A stretch of DNA of 63,954 bases, filler included, from Perkinsus olseni (taxonomy: Eukaryota), in NCBI GenBank assembly GCA_013115125.1. It is 4 parts of 4 records of this genome, joined end to end, with 100 filler letters (N's around TTAATTAATTAA, not from the genome) between each part and the next. Parts side by side here need not be neighbours in the genome. Positions count along the whole stretch, not along the records: positions 34,039 to 50,950 come from JABANN010000664.1; 3 more parts are not named here. One strand, given 5' to 3'. The translations under genes were made by a program, and so were the position numbers. Under the pieces are notes generated by a model. The model made no database searches and was not told the DNA's origin. It saw only the letters and a program-made list of their open reading frames with translations. Every line of letters starts with the position of its first letter. Positions within the stretch are counted from its first letter, which is position 1. This document shows positions 39,198 through 51,050 of the stretch, piece by piece.

Positions 39198-39628
39198 CTA
39201 ACCCTCCAATGCTTTCAATATTGACGACGTCACCTTCTCGAAGGACGCCTGAGAACAGCGGCAACCTATAGAAACGAACAAGCCCGTGATGAGCATTACC
39301 GGATTCGAGTGTAGGAAGCCATCACCATTCTGCTTGCTGTGGACCATGGCGCCATCGACTGTCACCTCAAAGTTTCCAGTAACACCTACACACACCGCAG
39401 CTCAACTGCAGAGAGGAAAGACCTGGGACCAACCTGGATCCTTCTTCGGCACGAACTCGACGCTCTCTTGTTTGCTAGCAAGCTTCTCTCTCAACATCGC
39501 TACCGCTTGATTGTAGTACCTGAAAGTATGATTGATCCGCGGAGCCGCTAAATGGGGACTCATTACTTCCCATAGCCTCAGCCGCCACAGTACTGAATCG
39601 AAACTCTGACCTTGCGGGCGGTACCCAT
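39198..39628 (-). CDS. SELENOW: Selenoprotein W-like (Rdx family), 94 aa, Sec at residue 17
   Basis: Exons 39628-39567, 39519-39434, 39385-39300, 39248-39198 (GT-AG introns of 47, 48 and 51 nt) give MGTARKVRVSIQYCGGUGYGKYYNQAVAMLREKLASKQESVEFVPKKDPGVTGNFEVTVDGAMVHSKQNGDGFLHSNPASFEKVTSSILKALEG*. TGA is at 39578-39580. Confidence 0.93.
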
Positions 39629-41207
39629 AGCTGAGGAAAACGTACGGGAGAAAATGTGAAAAATTGAGATTACTGAAGGAAGCGAGACACAAGCCACTCA
39701 AACAGCACATGATTGAGACGCATGCTGCGAGGACCGAATCGCTTAGCGACTACAAAAGATCTGGATCGTTCACGGGAGAATCTTGCACGCACGCCCACGA
39801 ATCCTATGCAGTGCAATTCTCCATGAAACGCTCGCCACATCGGTGATATGTACTCGTCGCGCTAGACGGGATGTTGCAACCCCATGCGTGCGTTGCTCGC
39901 GCTAGGTGTGCTCACGCCGTCCGCTCAATATAATCATCCAGCCGGGCTTGGCAGCTACCCTGAGGTCGTCCTTCACGAAGTCCGATCGCAGACGCACGAT
40001 CAATCAACACGTTCGGAGACCTCCTAATTCAACGCATGTCAGCGTGATGCTAACAACTAGATCAGTAGCGGGGGGAAAGGCGTTTCGGATTGCTAGTGCG
40101 ATACTGGTTCAACTGGTATTGCGCTAGCAACTGGTCCGGCTGAACCACTTACGGAAGTAACACGTCCAAGCGACGCACTGAACCACCTTGACTCCTCAGT
40201 ACTGTTTGTCGTGCTTCAAGATACTCTATTCGCCAAGAAATTGCCTCCGGAAAATTCTTCCCATCAGGCTCGTGAATAACCGACCGATTCTCCCCCGCCC
40301 CCAAAATAACCACTCGCGGGATTAATCGAAACACAAGATCACACTCGGATAGCTCTATCTCTTGGAAACCTCGTCACCGGTTGGGTGCCCGGAAGCAGAA
40401 ACGTCCCTCGTCACTCATACGATGATGATTATTATCATACCAACCGCAGCAGGAGGGCAGAGGCACTAGCAAAAGCGCCACGGCGAAGCAATGTTACACT
40501 ATAGACAACTTCCCATCTGACTCAGCGATCAATGCTGAGACGAAACGAGTAGGACGCTTGCTGTCCACTTCCGCTGCGGCTACTGGCGGTGGTGGAAGGG
40601 GTTCATTGGGACTAGCCACAGTCGACGAGACGATAATTGTAACGAAGAGGGAGTGATAATAATGAGTAGGATGATGATGAAAGTCACATAGTTTACGGGT
40701 CGCCGAGCTACGTCGGCTCGCTAAAAATTGACGACAGTGTCTGACCAGTATCGGTCCCCCCGCTGAGCACGCGAGATGACAGCAGAGGAGAAAACACTGG
40801 CGAAGGGCCGCTACCATTCAATTGCAGAACTGTAGATGTGCTATGTTAATTAGCTACCTCAAAATACACGTAAAACAGATGGCAAGAGTTTACGTGAAGA
40901 ATCCGGCAGCAGCTAAAGAAGGCAATAATATCCTTATGAAAGACTTGAGCCAAACGAATGGGCCAAAAGTCAATGGTCAATCAATCGTCGCCAATTCAGC
41001 TAAACAAACTTTGACTTTGTTTTTTATGATTTTTGTCGAACAACTTCAATTATTACAAGCATTCACTACACCCTGAATGCCATCACTTCTACACCACGGA
41101 CGACATCGTCGTCAGCAGTCACCCAGCAGTAAGAAGCTACTACTGCCTGGGCCAACCGCCACGGGGCTTCGACATCTGATGCGCAACACCTGAATAGAAC
41201 AAAGGGT

Positions 41208-42368
41208 TTATCCCTCAGAGATCGAACAGTCAGAGTCTCCACTACTTCTGAGCTCGTCCGAGCTGTAGTCGGCCAGAGTGCTCATATGCCGCTGCTCTTG
41301 CTGAGCGGAGGCTGCTGCTGCTGCTGCTGCCCGCGTCATGCCGATGTAATTAGCATGGTGACAAGACTGACCATCAAACTCCTTCACCTGCCAACACAAA
41401 TATCTTCCAACCATCATCCAGAAATGACCAGCCCCCCTTGCTACTACCTCAATCGGGAATTCACATCTGCATGGATCCTGTAGCTCGGCATCAGTGTCGA
41501 AGAACCGCACCGCTCCGCCTGTATTAAACTTAACACCCTTCCCGGCGGCCGCCTTCTTCCCGACCTTCGACGATTCGCTCCCAGTTGGCGATTCCACCAG
41601 CGGCACACGATGGTTGACAGCAGCATTGTTATAAGCATCGAGAAGTTGCTTATCCAAACACATCTCATAGAGATCATTGCTGTTCTTGCCCAACTCCAAG
41701 GCCACCAAACTCCTCTGCGCGAAATTGGGCGCCGGCCGATGACTCTGCTGGGGCTGCTGCCTAGCTGCTTGCCCACCGCCAATCGCCGGTCCACTGCCAT
41801 AGAGCACCGCGGGGTCGATGTCGTCATCATCACCATCATCAAGCATATCACAGTCCCCTTCCTCGTCTGTCGTAGTGTCCATCATAAACCAATCCTCGAC
41901 AGGCGTCTCCTGCCTCTGCTGAGCATCATCTTGCGCAGCAGCCTGGGCCTCCCACATAGACCAACAGTCGTCACAAAACGCCTCTCCAGTGAGCTCATCC
42001 TCCCAGAGAGCAACACCAACGCGTTTGCAGTTGTCGCAGCTGCTCATGCTAGCAGCAGCCGAGAACATAGGGTTGGGCACGCTACCAGCCCCAGGGTCTC
42101 CAGCCACTATCGTCAACGCAGGCTCCGATCGCTCCACCACTTGGGTTGGTATCAGTTGAACGCGCTGCAACGGTGCCGACGTCAACTGCCTGGCACCACC
42201 CTCGTGGGACTCCACCATCGACTTCAACTGCGATATCGTCAACTTGCTCTGGCCAGCATTCACTGGTGCTGCTTGAGAACGCCTTGACTTGGTCGTGGTA
42301 GGAGTCCTCGATACACGAGGAGTCCAGGATCGAGGAGCCTGGCTGGGTGACTTCATTGGGCAACGCAT
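41208..42368 (-). CDS. Hypothetical protein with a CxxC...CxxC zinc-finger-like motif and an acidic tract
   Basis: Long ORF containing SCDNCKR...AFCDDCW; probably with a small in-frame intron near the 3' end. Confidence 0.5.
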   Translation of the reverse strand: MRCPMKSPSQAPRSWTPRVSRTPTTTKSRRSQAAPVNAGQSKLTISQLKSMVESHEGGARQLTSAPLQRVQLIPTQVVERSEPALTIVAGDPGAGSVPNPMFSAAASMSSCDNCKRVGVALWEDELTGEAFCDDCWSMWEAQAAAQDDAQQRQETPVEDWFMMDTTTDEEGDCDMLDDGDDDDIDPAVLYGSGPAIGGGQAARQQPQQSHRPAPNFAQRSLVALELGKNSNDLYEMCLDKQLLDAYNNAAVNHRVPLVESPTGSESSKVGKKAAAGKGVKFNTGGAVRFFDTDAELQDPCRCEFPIEVVARGAGHFWMMVGRYLCWQVKEFDGQSCHHANYIGMTRAAAAAAASAQQEQRHMSTLADYSSDELRSSGDSDCSISEG

Positions 42369-43462
42369 AGTGTAGAGGGAAGTTATGCCACAACAAAAAC
42401 AACCACCGGCAACTGCAGAGAAATATCCATCACAAGCGTATGAGGAGAGCAAAGGTGGACTTCCAGCGATGAGTGCTACAGCAGGCGGGATCTAAATGCG
42501 CACATGCGCTTTCCCACGGGAACCTCCACGTCTCCGGAGCTCAATCGTAATCGATCACTTTGGCGAGCGGACTTGGCGGCCGATTCCGTGCAGATTTCAG
42601 CGGATGCGTTGAACTCTGTACGGCGAGCCGACCAACTTGGCGAAATCCCGCCAAACCCCAGGCGTATCACGCATATCGCCAAGTTGCTTAAATTTTGTAG
42701 AAACAAGGAATCGCCAAAGTTGGTGAGTTGGCGAAACCTGGTGCTCCGGTCGATGGCAAGGGTGGTGTCAGATTACTGTGGGGCTGAGTCTTTAATACGA
42801 ATCAGGTTAATAATGATCCTTGATTCACTGGCTGTTTATCAGGGAGAGGCCTGTTGAAATAAGAGCGGCCCGGATCCAATCTTGGAAGCAACCCAAACAG
42901 CAAAAGGTGATGTCTTAGGTGATAAAAATTTCGACTCAGGGACCGCATGCGGATACTGGTGAGTATTGGATGAGGTAGGAAAATAAGTAGGTAAATATTG
43001 ACCCTCGGTTTGCTGGCCTTCAACTAAAGAGATGTTCCAGCAGATCTAGCAGCGGCGCGAAGGCACTTCAGAAATCAGAATGACGATTGAAATTCTCACT
43101 CAGAACATACATAGTTTGGCAACTGGTTTTCTCGAATCTAAGTAATTTCGAGAAGCAGTGAATCATGACACTGGAGCTGGTGTGTTCAACCCCGTGGCAG
43201 TCTTGGTGGTAATGGATTTCGCTGAGTAACGCTGGTCGGCGACCAGGGGGTGCTACCAGGCCTACCGGAGATATCATAACGGTGGCATAGCTGCTTGTTA
43301 TAGTATTATGGCCATTACTCGTTTATCAATGCTTGTTGGACTTGTGCCATGATAATTGCGGTTATCGTGTCCACAGCGTTGTACTCGCCTTTTCTACGCT
43401 TCGCCTTGCATTCATCTTTACTACGAAGCTTTCGGGTTGTAGTGCTTGAGCTGTTCATTCCG

Positions 43463-44605
43463 ATGGCAATACCGTCATCATCATCGTCGTACCTCACACT
43501 AGCAACTTGCCTAGTAGTGTGCGTCATCGGCCCCTGGGCGGTGGACAACTCCAAGACCACAAGCCTCTACACCGTGGACTCCCGGACAGGCAGCGTCATC
43601 GCTACCCGTCCCGCCTACTCCTACGCAATAGCAGCCTTCATGCTGGCCGACCATCTCATCGGCACACTCATGGCGTGCATGGCCGAATACGTACGTAGTA
43701 AACAGGGTCGGGGCAGAGAAGCCTGGGGCATGACTTGGCAGGACTTGAAGTTGATGACACCGTTAGCTGTCCTTTATACCGTCAGCGACCTCTCTACACT
43801 ACAGGCTATCGATCACGGCAATAGTCCAACCATGTCCGTAGTGGCTCAGACAAGGCTGCTATTGGTAGCTGTTCTTTCCTATTACGTCCTGGGCCGCAGC
43901 ATGGACAACCTCCACTCGCTTATCGGTGTTGTGCTATGTGCAGTGGCCTTTACTTTGACCGAGTCCCAAGGGGACGGCATGGACGCCACTGCCATCCCCT
44001 GGAGCGTCTCCAAGGCTCTCTTATCGTCCGTATGCGCAGTGTACTTGGAATGGCTCATGAAGGCAGACAACAGGGGCTTCTACGCTACAGCTGCTCGATT
44101 CAAGCTCATCAGTTTCGTCCTTACTTTTCTCGGCCTGCTGGCGATCCATGGGCCGACCAACGTACTCGGCTCAAAGCCTCTGTGTGAATCTGCGGACTTC
44201 ACGGAAGCGTGTGCCGAGGCTGACACTTGTGATTGCCTTTTGAATACTGGTATGAATCTCCAGTCTTGGATAGCCTTCATCGTTATAGTTGCCAATGGAT
44301 GGATCACGGCCTACGTCTTTAAGAGCGTATCCGCGACCGCCAAGTACATTTGCAGCGCCCTCGCTGCCCCGATACTTTACGTATTGTCATGGCTGGCAGG
44401 CCACCGTGACTTCGCTATAGTACCGTTCCTGTTGGTGTGCTTGTTGGTCTTGCAAGTGTCCGTATATTCTCGCAGTAAGGCAAGTAGTGGACGTAGTAAG
44501 CTGACTAAGGTGGTGTCGACTGGGGACTTCGGGGAGTGGCTCCAAGGGTATCGGGTGGTGGACGTACCTCCTAGTCGGATAGAGGAGAGAAGGGACAGTG
44601 TATGA
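43463..44605 (+). CDS. Nucleotide-sugar transporter (SLC35A/DMT superfamily), intronless
   Basis: About 10 hydrophobic helices; PLAVLYTVSD, VVAQTRLLLVAVLSYYVLGR, SSVCAVYLEWLMK, GWITAYVFKSVSATAK. Confidence 0.8.
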   Translation: MAIPSSSSSYLTLATCLVVCVIGPWAVDNSKTTSLYTVDSRTGSVIATRPAYSYAIAAFMLADHLIGTLMACMAEYVRSKQGRGREAWGMTWQDLKLMTPLAVLYTVSDLSTLQAIDHGNSPTMSVVAQTRLLLVAVLSYYVLGRSMDNLHSLIGVVLCAVAFTLTESQGDGMDATAIPWSVSKALLSSVCAVYLEWLMKADNRGFYATAARFKLISFVLTFLGLLAIHGPTNVLGSKPLCESADFTEACAEADTCDCLLNTGMNLQSWIAFIVIVANGWITAYVFKSVSATAKYICSALAAPILYVLSWLAGHRDFAIVPFLLVCLLVLQVSVYSRSKASSGRSKLTKVVSTGDFGEWLQGYRVVDVPPSRIEERRDSV

Positions 44606-44913
44606 CGCTCCATAGCAGCGGATTATTACTTTTTGTTGTCGGCACATATATCATTTTGCGTGACGTTATTCCCATTTCTTCGACTATTGCGCTTGCATGT
44701 TATCATCTGCGCTCCTTGTGTTTCAAGAACAGTTGGTTCAGTGGGAGCGCGCTAGGCTGTTGACCGTAAGGTACAGGGTTCAATCCTATCATCGATGCTG
44801 GACCGTATTAGAGTGCGCTGTACTCACCGGCAACTGCTGAACGCTTGCGACCAGTAGTAGTTTTGACGGGTCGGAACCCTCAGCATGAATACATCTGGTG
44901 ATGCAAGTTTTTT

Positions 44914-46471
44914 ATGTCATTTAATAAATACCAATTCCCAGATGTCGACCAAGAAGCCATCGACTGCATCCTCGCGGATGAGTCGAGTCGTAAGCACTTG
45001 GTACCACTCCTTACCGAAATCCAGCACGAAGTAAACCCTAGCCAGTCTGCATCGATGGTAAACAAGGTCAAACCAGCCAAGAGTATTAACGAAGATCTCA
45101 TGTGTGAGTACGATACTCGGCAGGAGCGCGCCATTCTGGCGGGCACGACTTTCGTAGAGTTGGAGCATACTCACATCACCGACACTTCCACAGCAACGAT
45201 GACCCTCCCTGACGGGAGGTCCGTAGATCTCCTCACGTCACCGGGCTACGGCATAACGCTAAGGCCGCCCAGCTACGGTTATTACAGCGTGACAGTTAGG
45301 GACGGGGTGGCTGGCGAAGGGTCGGTGTACGGGTTCGTTGCTACGACCCATGTGTCGCGCTTCGGCAGTGCCCTTGATGAGTACCAGGATGCTTCTACCT
45401 TTGCCTGGCGGACTCGTAAGTCGGCTAATGGAAGCTTCGATCCTGAGTGCTACGGCGAGTGGAATGAGGACCTTGCTGGGGCTGTTGTTGGAGTAATGGA
45501 GATCATGGACGATGAGCAATGGCAGGTAGTGCTGCTGGGAACCGGAGGCAATCCGGTACTGGGCCAACCTCTGACTTCTGAGGGAATAGAGCGGACTAGC
45601 CTCACTTTTGGATGATGTTTGCCTCAGTCGGAGCAATCGCTGATCGCTAGGGTGGCCAGTGCCCAGGTCATACCCATGTGTAGAGATCTACTCGACAGGG
45701 TACTCGAGTATCAGGACGGGACAGCCATGGGGCAGCTGGTTGGTACTAGCGGCAGGGCTCCATCCACCAAGAGGCGTCACACGTGTTTTCCAAGGTTCCC
45801 TGCGCGACATGCTCACCTCGGCTCAGCTCACTGGGCGGTCGGAAAGTTGGAGTCGATTTCACGACGCTGTAGTGGCCTTCGAGAGAGCACGGTTTCTTTC
45901 CCTGACACCCGCGGCTAGGGACAGATTATTGAAGCTGCTGCAGCAGCTGATGGACGCTGCAGATCTCTATTATGATGATCCCAATGTTGACGATGGTTAC
46001 TCTCAAAAATGGCGGAGCGGTGCTCGAGACGAACTTGCCAAGCAGCTCAATAAGGGCATTATCGATGACCCGCTAGTAGTGTCCGAGATGGCCTCCAGTG
46101 GAGGTACCCTCGGTGACTGGATGAGCTCGATGGTGATGGTCAGTCAGCGTGGTACGGTCGATACCCCTCACAAAATATGGCCGCCGACTTTCATGATCAA
46201 TCCACTGGACCCCAATCTAGACACTATGTTACTGCACGGGTCGGAGGCGGCCACGGGTGGTGGCTTCGCGATCTCCAAGGGACCTATGATGCCCTTTCTG
46301 TCTAGCATGGAGTCCGTAGACACGATGAGCGAAGTTTTAGGCGCGCTTCTATACGCTGGTATTGGGTACGCTGGCCAAACGCAGCAGTACTCAGGAGACC
46401 AGCAACAGAGTGTTTACCACAGTAAGTTGTGCGAGGTTTGTCGCGCACGGAAAGCATGGGTGGTCAGATAG
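44914..46471 (+). CDS. Hypothetical multi-exon protein, possible SPRY-like beta domain; may extend to about 47150
   Basis: Two long ORFs (233 and 270 aa); the YYSVTV...YGF...YG...GAVVGV pattern is weakly SPRY-like. Confidence 0.4.
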
Positions 46472-48074
46472 TCAGCTGATGGATCCCCAAGGGCTTGGCC
46501 GAGATGCTCTCTGTGGGGTGTGTGAGAGAGCTCGAGCGGTATGCTCGCTCGACTTCCCTCCTGAACTATCTAAGCGTCGAGTGAATAGACTGAAGGATGT
46601 CTGTCGGCTGCTGAGGCAGTTGCAGAAGGGTAGGCCCAATAATAAGTAGAAATACTCGCGCTGGATCTGCTCGCAGGTCCCGATGGTCACCGGAAGGTCT
46701 CCCTATCCGTCAGTACAGAGCCCGACACGTGCATCGGTGACCTCAAGGATCGGAAGGGCGACGAGTGTTGGCTATCCGCACCCTTAGAAACCCTCTGGCG
46801 GACCTGGATAGCTTCCGGCCGGATGTTTGTTTTTGAGCTCTGGTTGCACGACACCTCCGAGCCGTCCAAGAAGACTCTTCTTGCTTGTGATTTTGCCCAT
46901 CCTGTGGGGACCTCGGTTTACGTCGCCACACGTTACTACGATGATCGATACAGAAAGTACCAGCCAGGATTCATATTAGGATTTGCCACCTGCACTTGGC
47001 TAAAGTAAGCTACTCGAGGTCGGGTGAAATCCACACAAAACTCATCTCGGTAGGTCGATGGGTTATTCCCTGTGGGACCTCGGTGGCTACAACGCCTCCC
47101 CCATGATGGCCTACAAGAGTGCTCTGTGTACACTAGTCGACGGCCGCGCCAAGTGAGCTCAGCTTCAGTGTACAGGCGAGACTAGTGTTTGCTCAGATGG
47201 CCGCAATTAATCCGACGCGTTCGGGATCAGAAACCCTCTGGCGGGAGTGTGTCACCGGGTAGCCGGTCTTCAAATGCTCGAAGTTGTCATAACCGTATTG
47301 TGCTCAGGAACGGCGCTTGTGGAGGATCTCAGCGACGATGACATCTGGGGTCTGTATGGCGGCAAACCCGGCTCGACTCGTAAAGGTGCTTCTAACAGGC
47401 CACTACGACATACCCGCCAAGAAGGCTCTTAAAAGGTTGACTTACCATCCTCCAGTTTGATACCATTGTTCGTGCTAACAGTGTTCAGTCTTTGGCCAAG
47501 TGGTGTTGCGTGTGAGAGTAAAGCTGACCAGATGGTGCAGTGGCGCAATATCGACCGCTACATCTAGGAATCTTTCTGGTCATCACCGTTACCCATGGAG
47601 CAGCGCAGCTAGAGTACTCGGATGGATCCAGAAGCGGTCTTGTCAAAACTCAGCGTGCTGCATGTCTGCATAGTCTTCTGCCCACGTCCGCGGCGCGAAG
47701 AATGAAAGAATGGCCCACTATTGGTGCCTCCTGAGACGCGCAACATCCCTTCAAGCCGTTGGTATCATGCTCCTCGAGGCAGTCATTTGCGAGACCCGCG
47801 GTTCAGCCTTATCATTCAAAGAGACCGACTCGGCTGGGTCCCAAGCTAACCGATTCCGCTACATTGAGCAATTCTTGTCTTGTCAACCCAAAACCAATTC
47901 TGACTTGATCGTCGGCTGACGGCGATGAGCGCGTCAACAAACGATACACATTGAGGAGAAAAACGAGCTGTTGACAAAAGATGCTTCAAAGAAGAAAACC
48001 CTCAGTGGCGATGAATAGCTGTTGACAACAGATGCTTCAAAAAGCAATACCCTATATTCCGTGCCACTTCATCA

Positions 48075-48668
48075 CTACTTCAACTTGGCTATGCCGACTC
48101 TAGCGTTCTGCGGTTGGAGCTCCAAGTAATTACCGAAGAGCGTTTTGTCAGGTAGTATCCAGGAACCATCACAACTAGGAGTTATGGCGATCCAACATGT
48201 GTTCGTGATCTCATTGCTGTAGGCAGCTGGATGGATAGTCAGTAGAACGTCCCCCGACCCCAAGATAAACGTTATTGTTGGTAGATGCACAGCATATGCG
48301 CAGTCGAAGACATACTCCTTGAAGTTGGGGTCCCACACAATCCTCACGGCAGTGCGCGCCCTCACCGAGGCTTGGAATTCTATCTCTTTCACCAAGAAGT
48401 CTCTGTACTGACGGGGCGCGATGAGGAAGTTAGTACCAGTATCGATTAGTAGGTCATGATTAATCGCATGCGGAAACGCACCATCACCGACTTGCAGTGA
48501 TCTGAGTCTGACTTTCAGTTCCGCCGGGTTGGTGAACCTCACAAATCTGAGAGGTTTTACATACAACGCCTCGTCTCCTCCCCCCAGCAAGAGCTCTCCA
48601 TTGGACTTGAAGCTTCCCGCTGAGGGTCGGCCCAAGTAAATAGCGAATGTTAGACTGGACACCATAGA
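48075..48668 (-). CDS. Pepsin-like (A1) aspartic protease, C-terminal lobe only
   Basis: FAIYL, GELLLGG, LLIDTGTN (Asp 48441-48443), YVFDC, LPTITF, WILPD, ARVGIAKLK*. No first DTG lobe found upstream. Confidence 0.75.
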   Translation of the reverse strand, partial: SMVSSLTFAIYLGRPSAGSFKSNGELLLGGGDEALYVKPLRFVRFTNPAELKVRLRSLQVGDGAFPHAINHDLLIDTGTNFLIAPRQYRDFLVKEIEFQASVRARTAVRIVWDPNFKEYVFDCAYAVHLPTITFILGSGDVLLTIHPAAYSNEITNTCWIAITPSCDGSWILPDKTLFGNYLELQPQNARVGIAKLK

Positions 48669-50346
48669 TTGTCTACCAGTATGCTGTGCACGCGCAGCAA
48701 ACCTCAAGATGTGAAAATACATACAACATTCAACTCGGCGCTTGAGATCGATGCGAGGCAGAAAGAAGCATGGTCCATCCAGCTTAGCCGTTCTTCAGCT
48801 ACTCGGCAATCGATCGTTCCCCACGGTACGAGCCCACTCGCACGCATGAAGTTTGCAATATTAGTCTCAGCACCTGATCGACATCAGTATTCATCGTGGT
48901 TGGATCAAAAAGTAGGACACAGCACAGATGCCCGGTGTGCAGGGCTTAAGGGCCATGACTCCTCAAAGTAGCGTCTGCTGCGTGAACAGTGAGTGGGGTA
49001 AATCTGACACCTGCGTGACGTCGGCGTGCAGCGCTACGCTGTCCGCTAGCGTCGCTAGCGAATCAAACGTGTGGGCCAGTCAGGACCGACCTGACTTCAG
49101 GGTGAGGTATTCCCGAAATCCAAGGAGAAGGGACAAGTTTCAAGGAGGCCTCTCCTGGGATCTGGTTCGGCACCCAGAGGTCGAGGATACTTGGCTTGCG
49201 GAGTGGCCTACTTTCGGCAATAGCTGTGATGCACAGCTTGTACCATATTGCACGTGACTGTTGTGCTGCTATTTGGGTGGAGCTTTGACCTTGCTTTAAG
49301 GCGCTGGTCGACTCAAGCTATATGCTAAGATGAGTTTTCTATGCTAGAGCACCTCGTCGCTGTTTCAACGAAAAAACGACTATCCGGGTTTTGTGTATGT
49401 TTGCTCTACTGTGGTGAATTGTAGACCACTGGCCTGCGACACTGGCACTGCTTTGAGGCCGGTTATGTTTCGGGAGACGTAGCGTTGGCGAGACGTGCAC
49501 AGCGAGCGAGGTGAAAATGAATTGAAGCGGATGAGTCATCAGCGATTACTACTAGTCAGTTCGAGGGAGAGGGACTTTATCTTCTTCTCAGCTTCAAATC
49601 GAAGCCTTCGATAGCCTTCGATCTGACTAGAACTGGCCAGTGATCCTACGACGCGATCATCCACTGGGGCCAGTGCGGAGTACAGTGAGAAACCCCCTTG
49701 AGACCCTCTCTATGAGGGCTACGACTTAGTCCTGTTTCATGTGGCAGATTAAATAACAACACAACTGTTCATTTTTCTGCAACAGGAGGAATGGTCGGGC
49801 TAGAGCATGTCACGTGGGGAAGCACTTAACTCGTGCAGCGTAGAGCAACGTCCTGACGCGCGCCGGAGAAGTAAAAGTTGTCATCACCGTTCATCTGTTG
49901 TTCAGATTCCGCCCTATTCGCATTCATAAGTTTATGCATGTTGTAGGACTATTACAAGCTTCCTAACCTTTATCTTGGTTAGGACAAAGTTGTGAACATG
50001 CTTGATTCTTCATCACTCATCCAACAACTTCACTACGGTCAACGATTACACGAGATCCCCTGACTCGACTGATATCGCCAACCAACAAGGGCTCAAGTAG
50101 CCGAAGACAAGAAGCCGATCGAAGATAAACGGCCACAATACGACAGCCTCTCTTTCGTTTTTACTTGACATACTCAACAACCCTATAAGGTGAGCATCAA
50201 CACGGGAGGCGAAGAGATTACCCAGAATGTGAAAGTCGGCCATCAAGAAATGGAATGAATGAAAAGAATTTGAGAAGACCCCGTGAGAGAGGGATGCTGA
50301 GAAGAGTATCTACACCCACAGGAATCTTGAGTAATAGCTGTTCTCC

Positions 50347-50950
50347 TCAACAGCTAGTGAGAGTTGTGTCAATAAGTATGCCAGCCTTAATATGAACTTC
50401 AGTTGGGCTGATGATGGTACCATCGATACTCTTGATATGGAAGGCATTCATCAACTTCTGCAGCATAGGATCGTAATTCGAGAAGACGATCTTAGTCCCC
50501 TCAACTTTATAGTCAGCACCAGCACTCTGACCAAGGACGCTGACAGTAGCGTGACCGTCCTCGAAGTCAACACTGAAGGTTCGACCGAAGAGGTTGCCAC
50601 AGTACTTTCCTCCAAACTCCTCGCTAGAGGTGGTACTAGTCGTAGTAGTTGTTGTGGCCTGAGTAGTCGCTACACTTGTGGTAGAGGCAGTAGTCGTAGG
50701 AGTTGTAGTGGACTGAGTTGTCGGAACAGTTGTAGGAGGCATCGTCGTTGTGGTGGTAGTTGTTACCTCCGCCGTGGTAGCAGAAGTAGTAGCTGCGGTA
50801 GTCGCGGTGGCTTCGGTGGTGGTAGAAGCAGTCGTAGAAACAGCAACCTCAGTTGTTGTCGTGGAAACAGCAGCCTCAGTTGTGGTCGTGGAAACAGCAG
50901 CCTTAGTTGTGGTCGTGGAAACAGCAGCCTTAGTTGTGGTCGTGGAAACA
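50347..50950 (-). CDS. Thr-rich mucin-like protein with a small C-terminal beta domain; 5'-truncated
   Basis: T/A-rich stalk followed by GKYCGNLFG...DTTLTSC*, with paired Cys at the domain ends. Confidence 0.7.
50851..50950 (-). repeat. 27-bp coding tandem repeat (T[E/K]AAVSTTT)
   Basis: agttgtggtcgtggaaacagcagcct(c/t) repeated about 3.7 times up to the gap. Confidence 0.9.
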
Positions 50951-51050
50951 NNNNNNNNNNNNNNNNNNNNNNNNNNNNNNNNNNNNNNNNNNNNTTAATT
51001 AATTAANNNNNNNNNNNNNNNNNNNNNNNNNNNNNNNNNNNNNNNNNNNN
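50951..51050. other. Artificial contig spacer
   Basis: N44-TTAATTAATTAA-N44. Confidence 0.97.
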
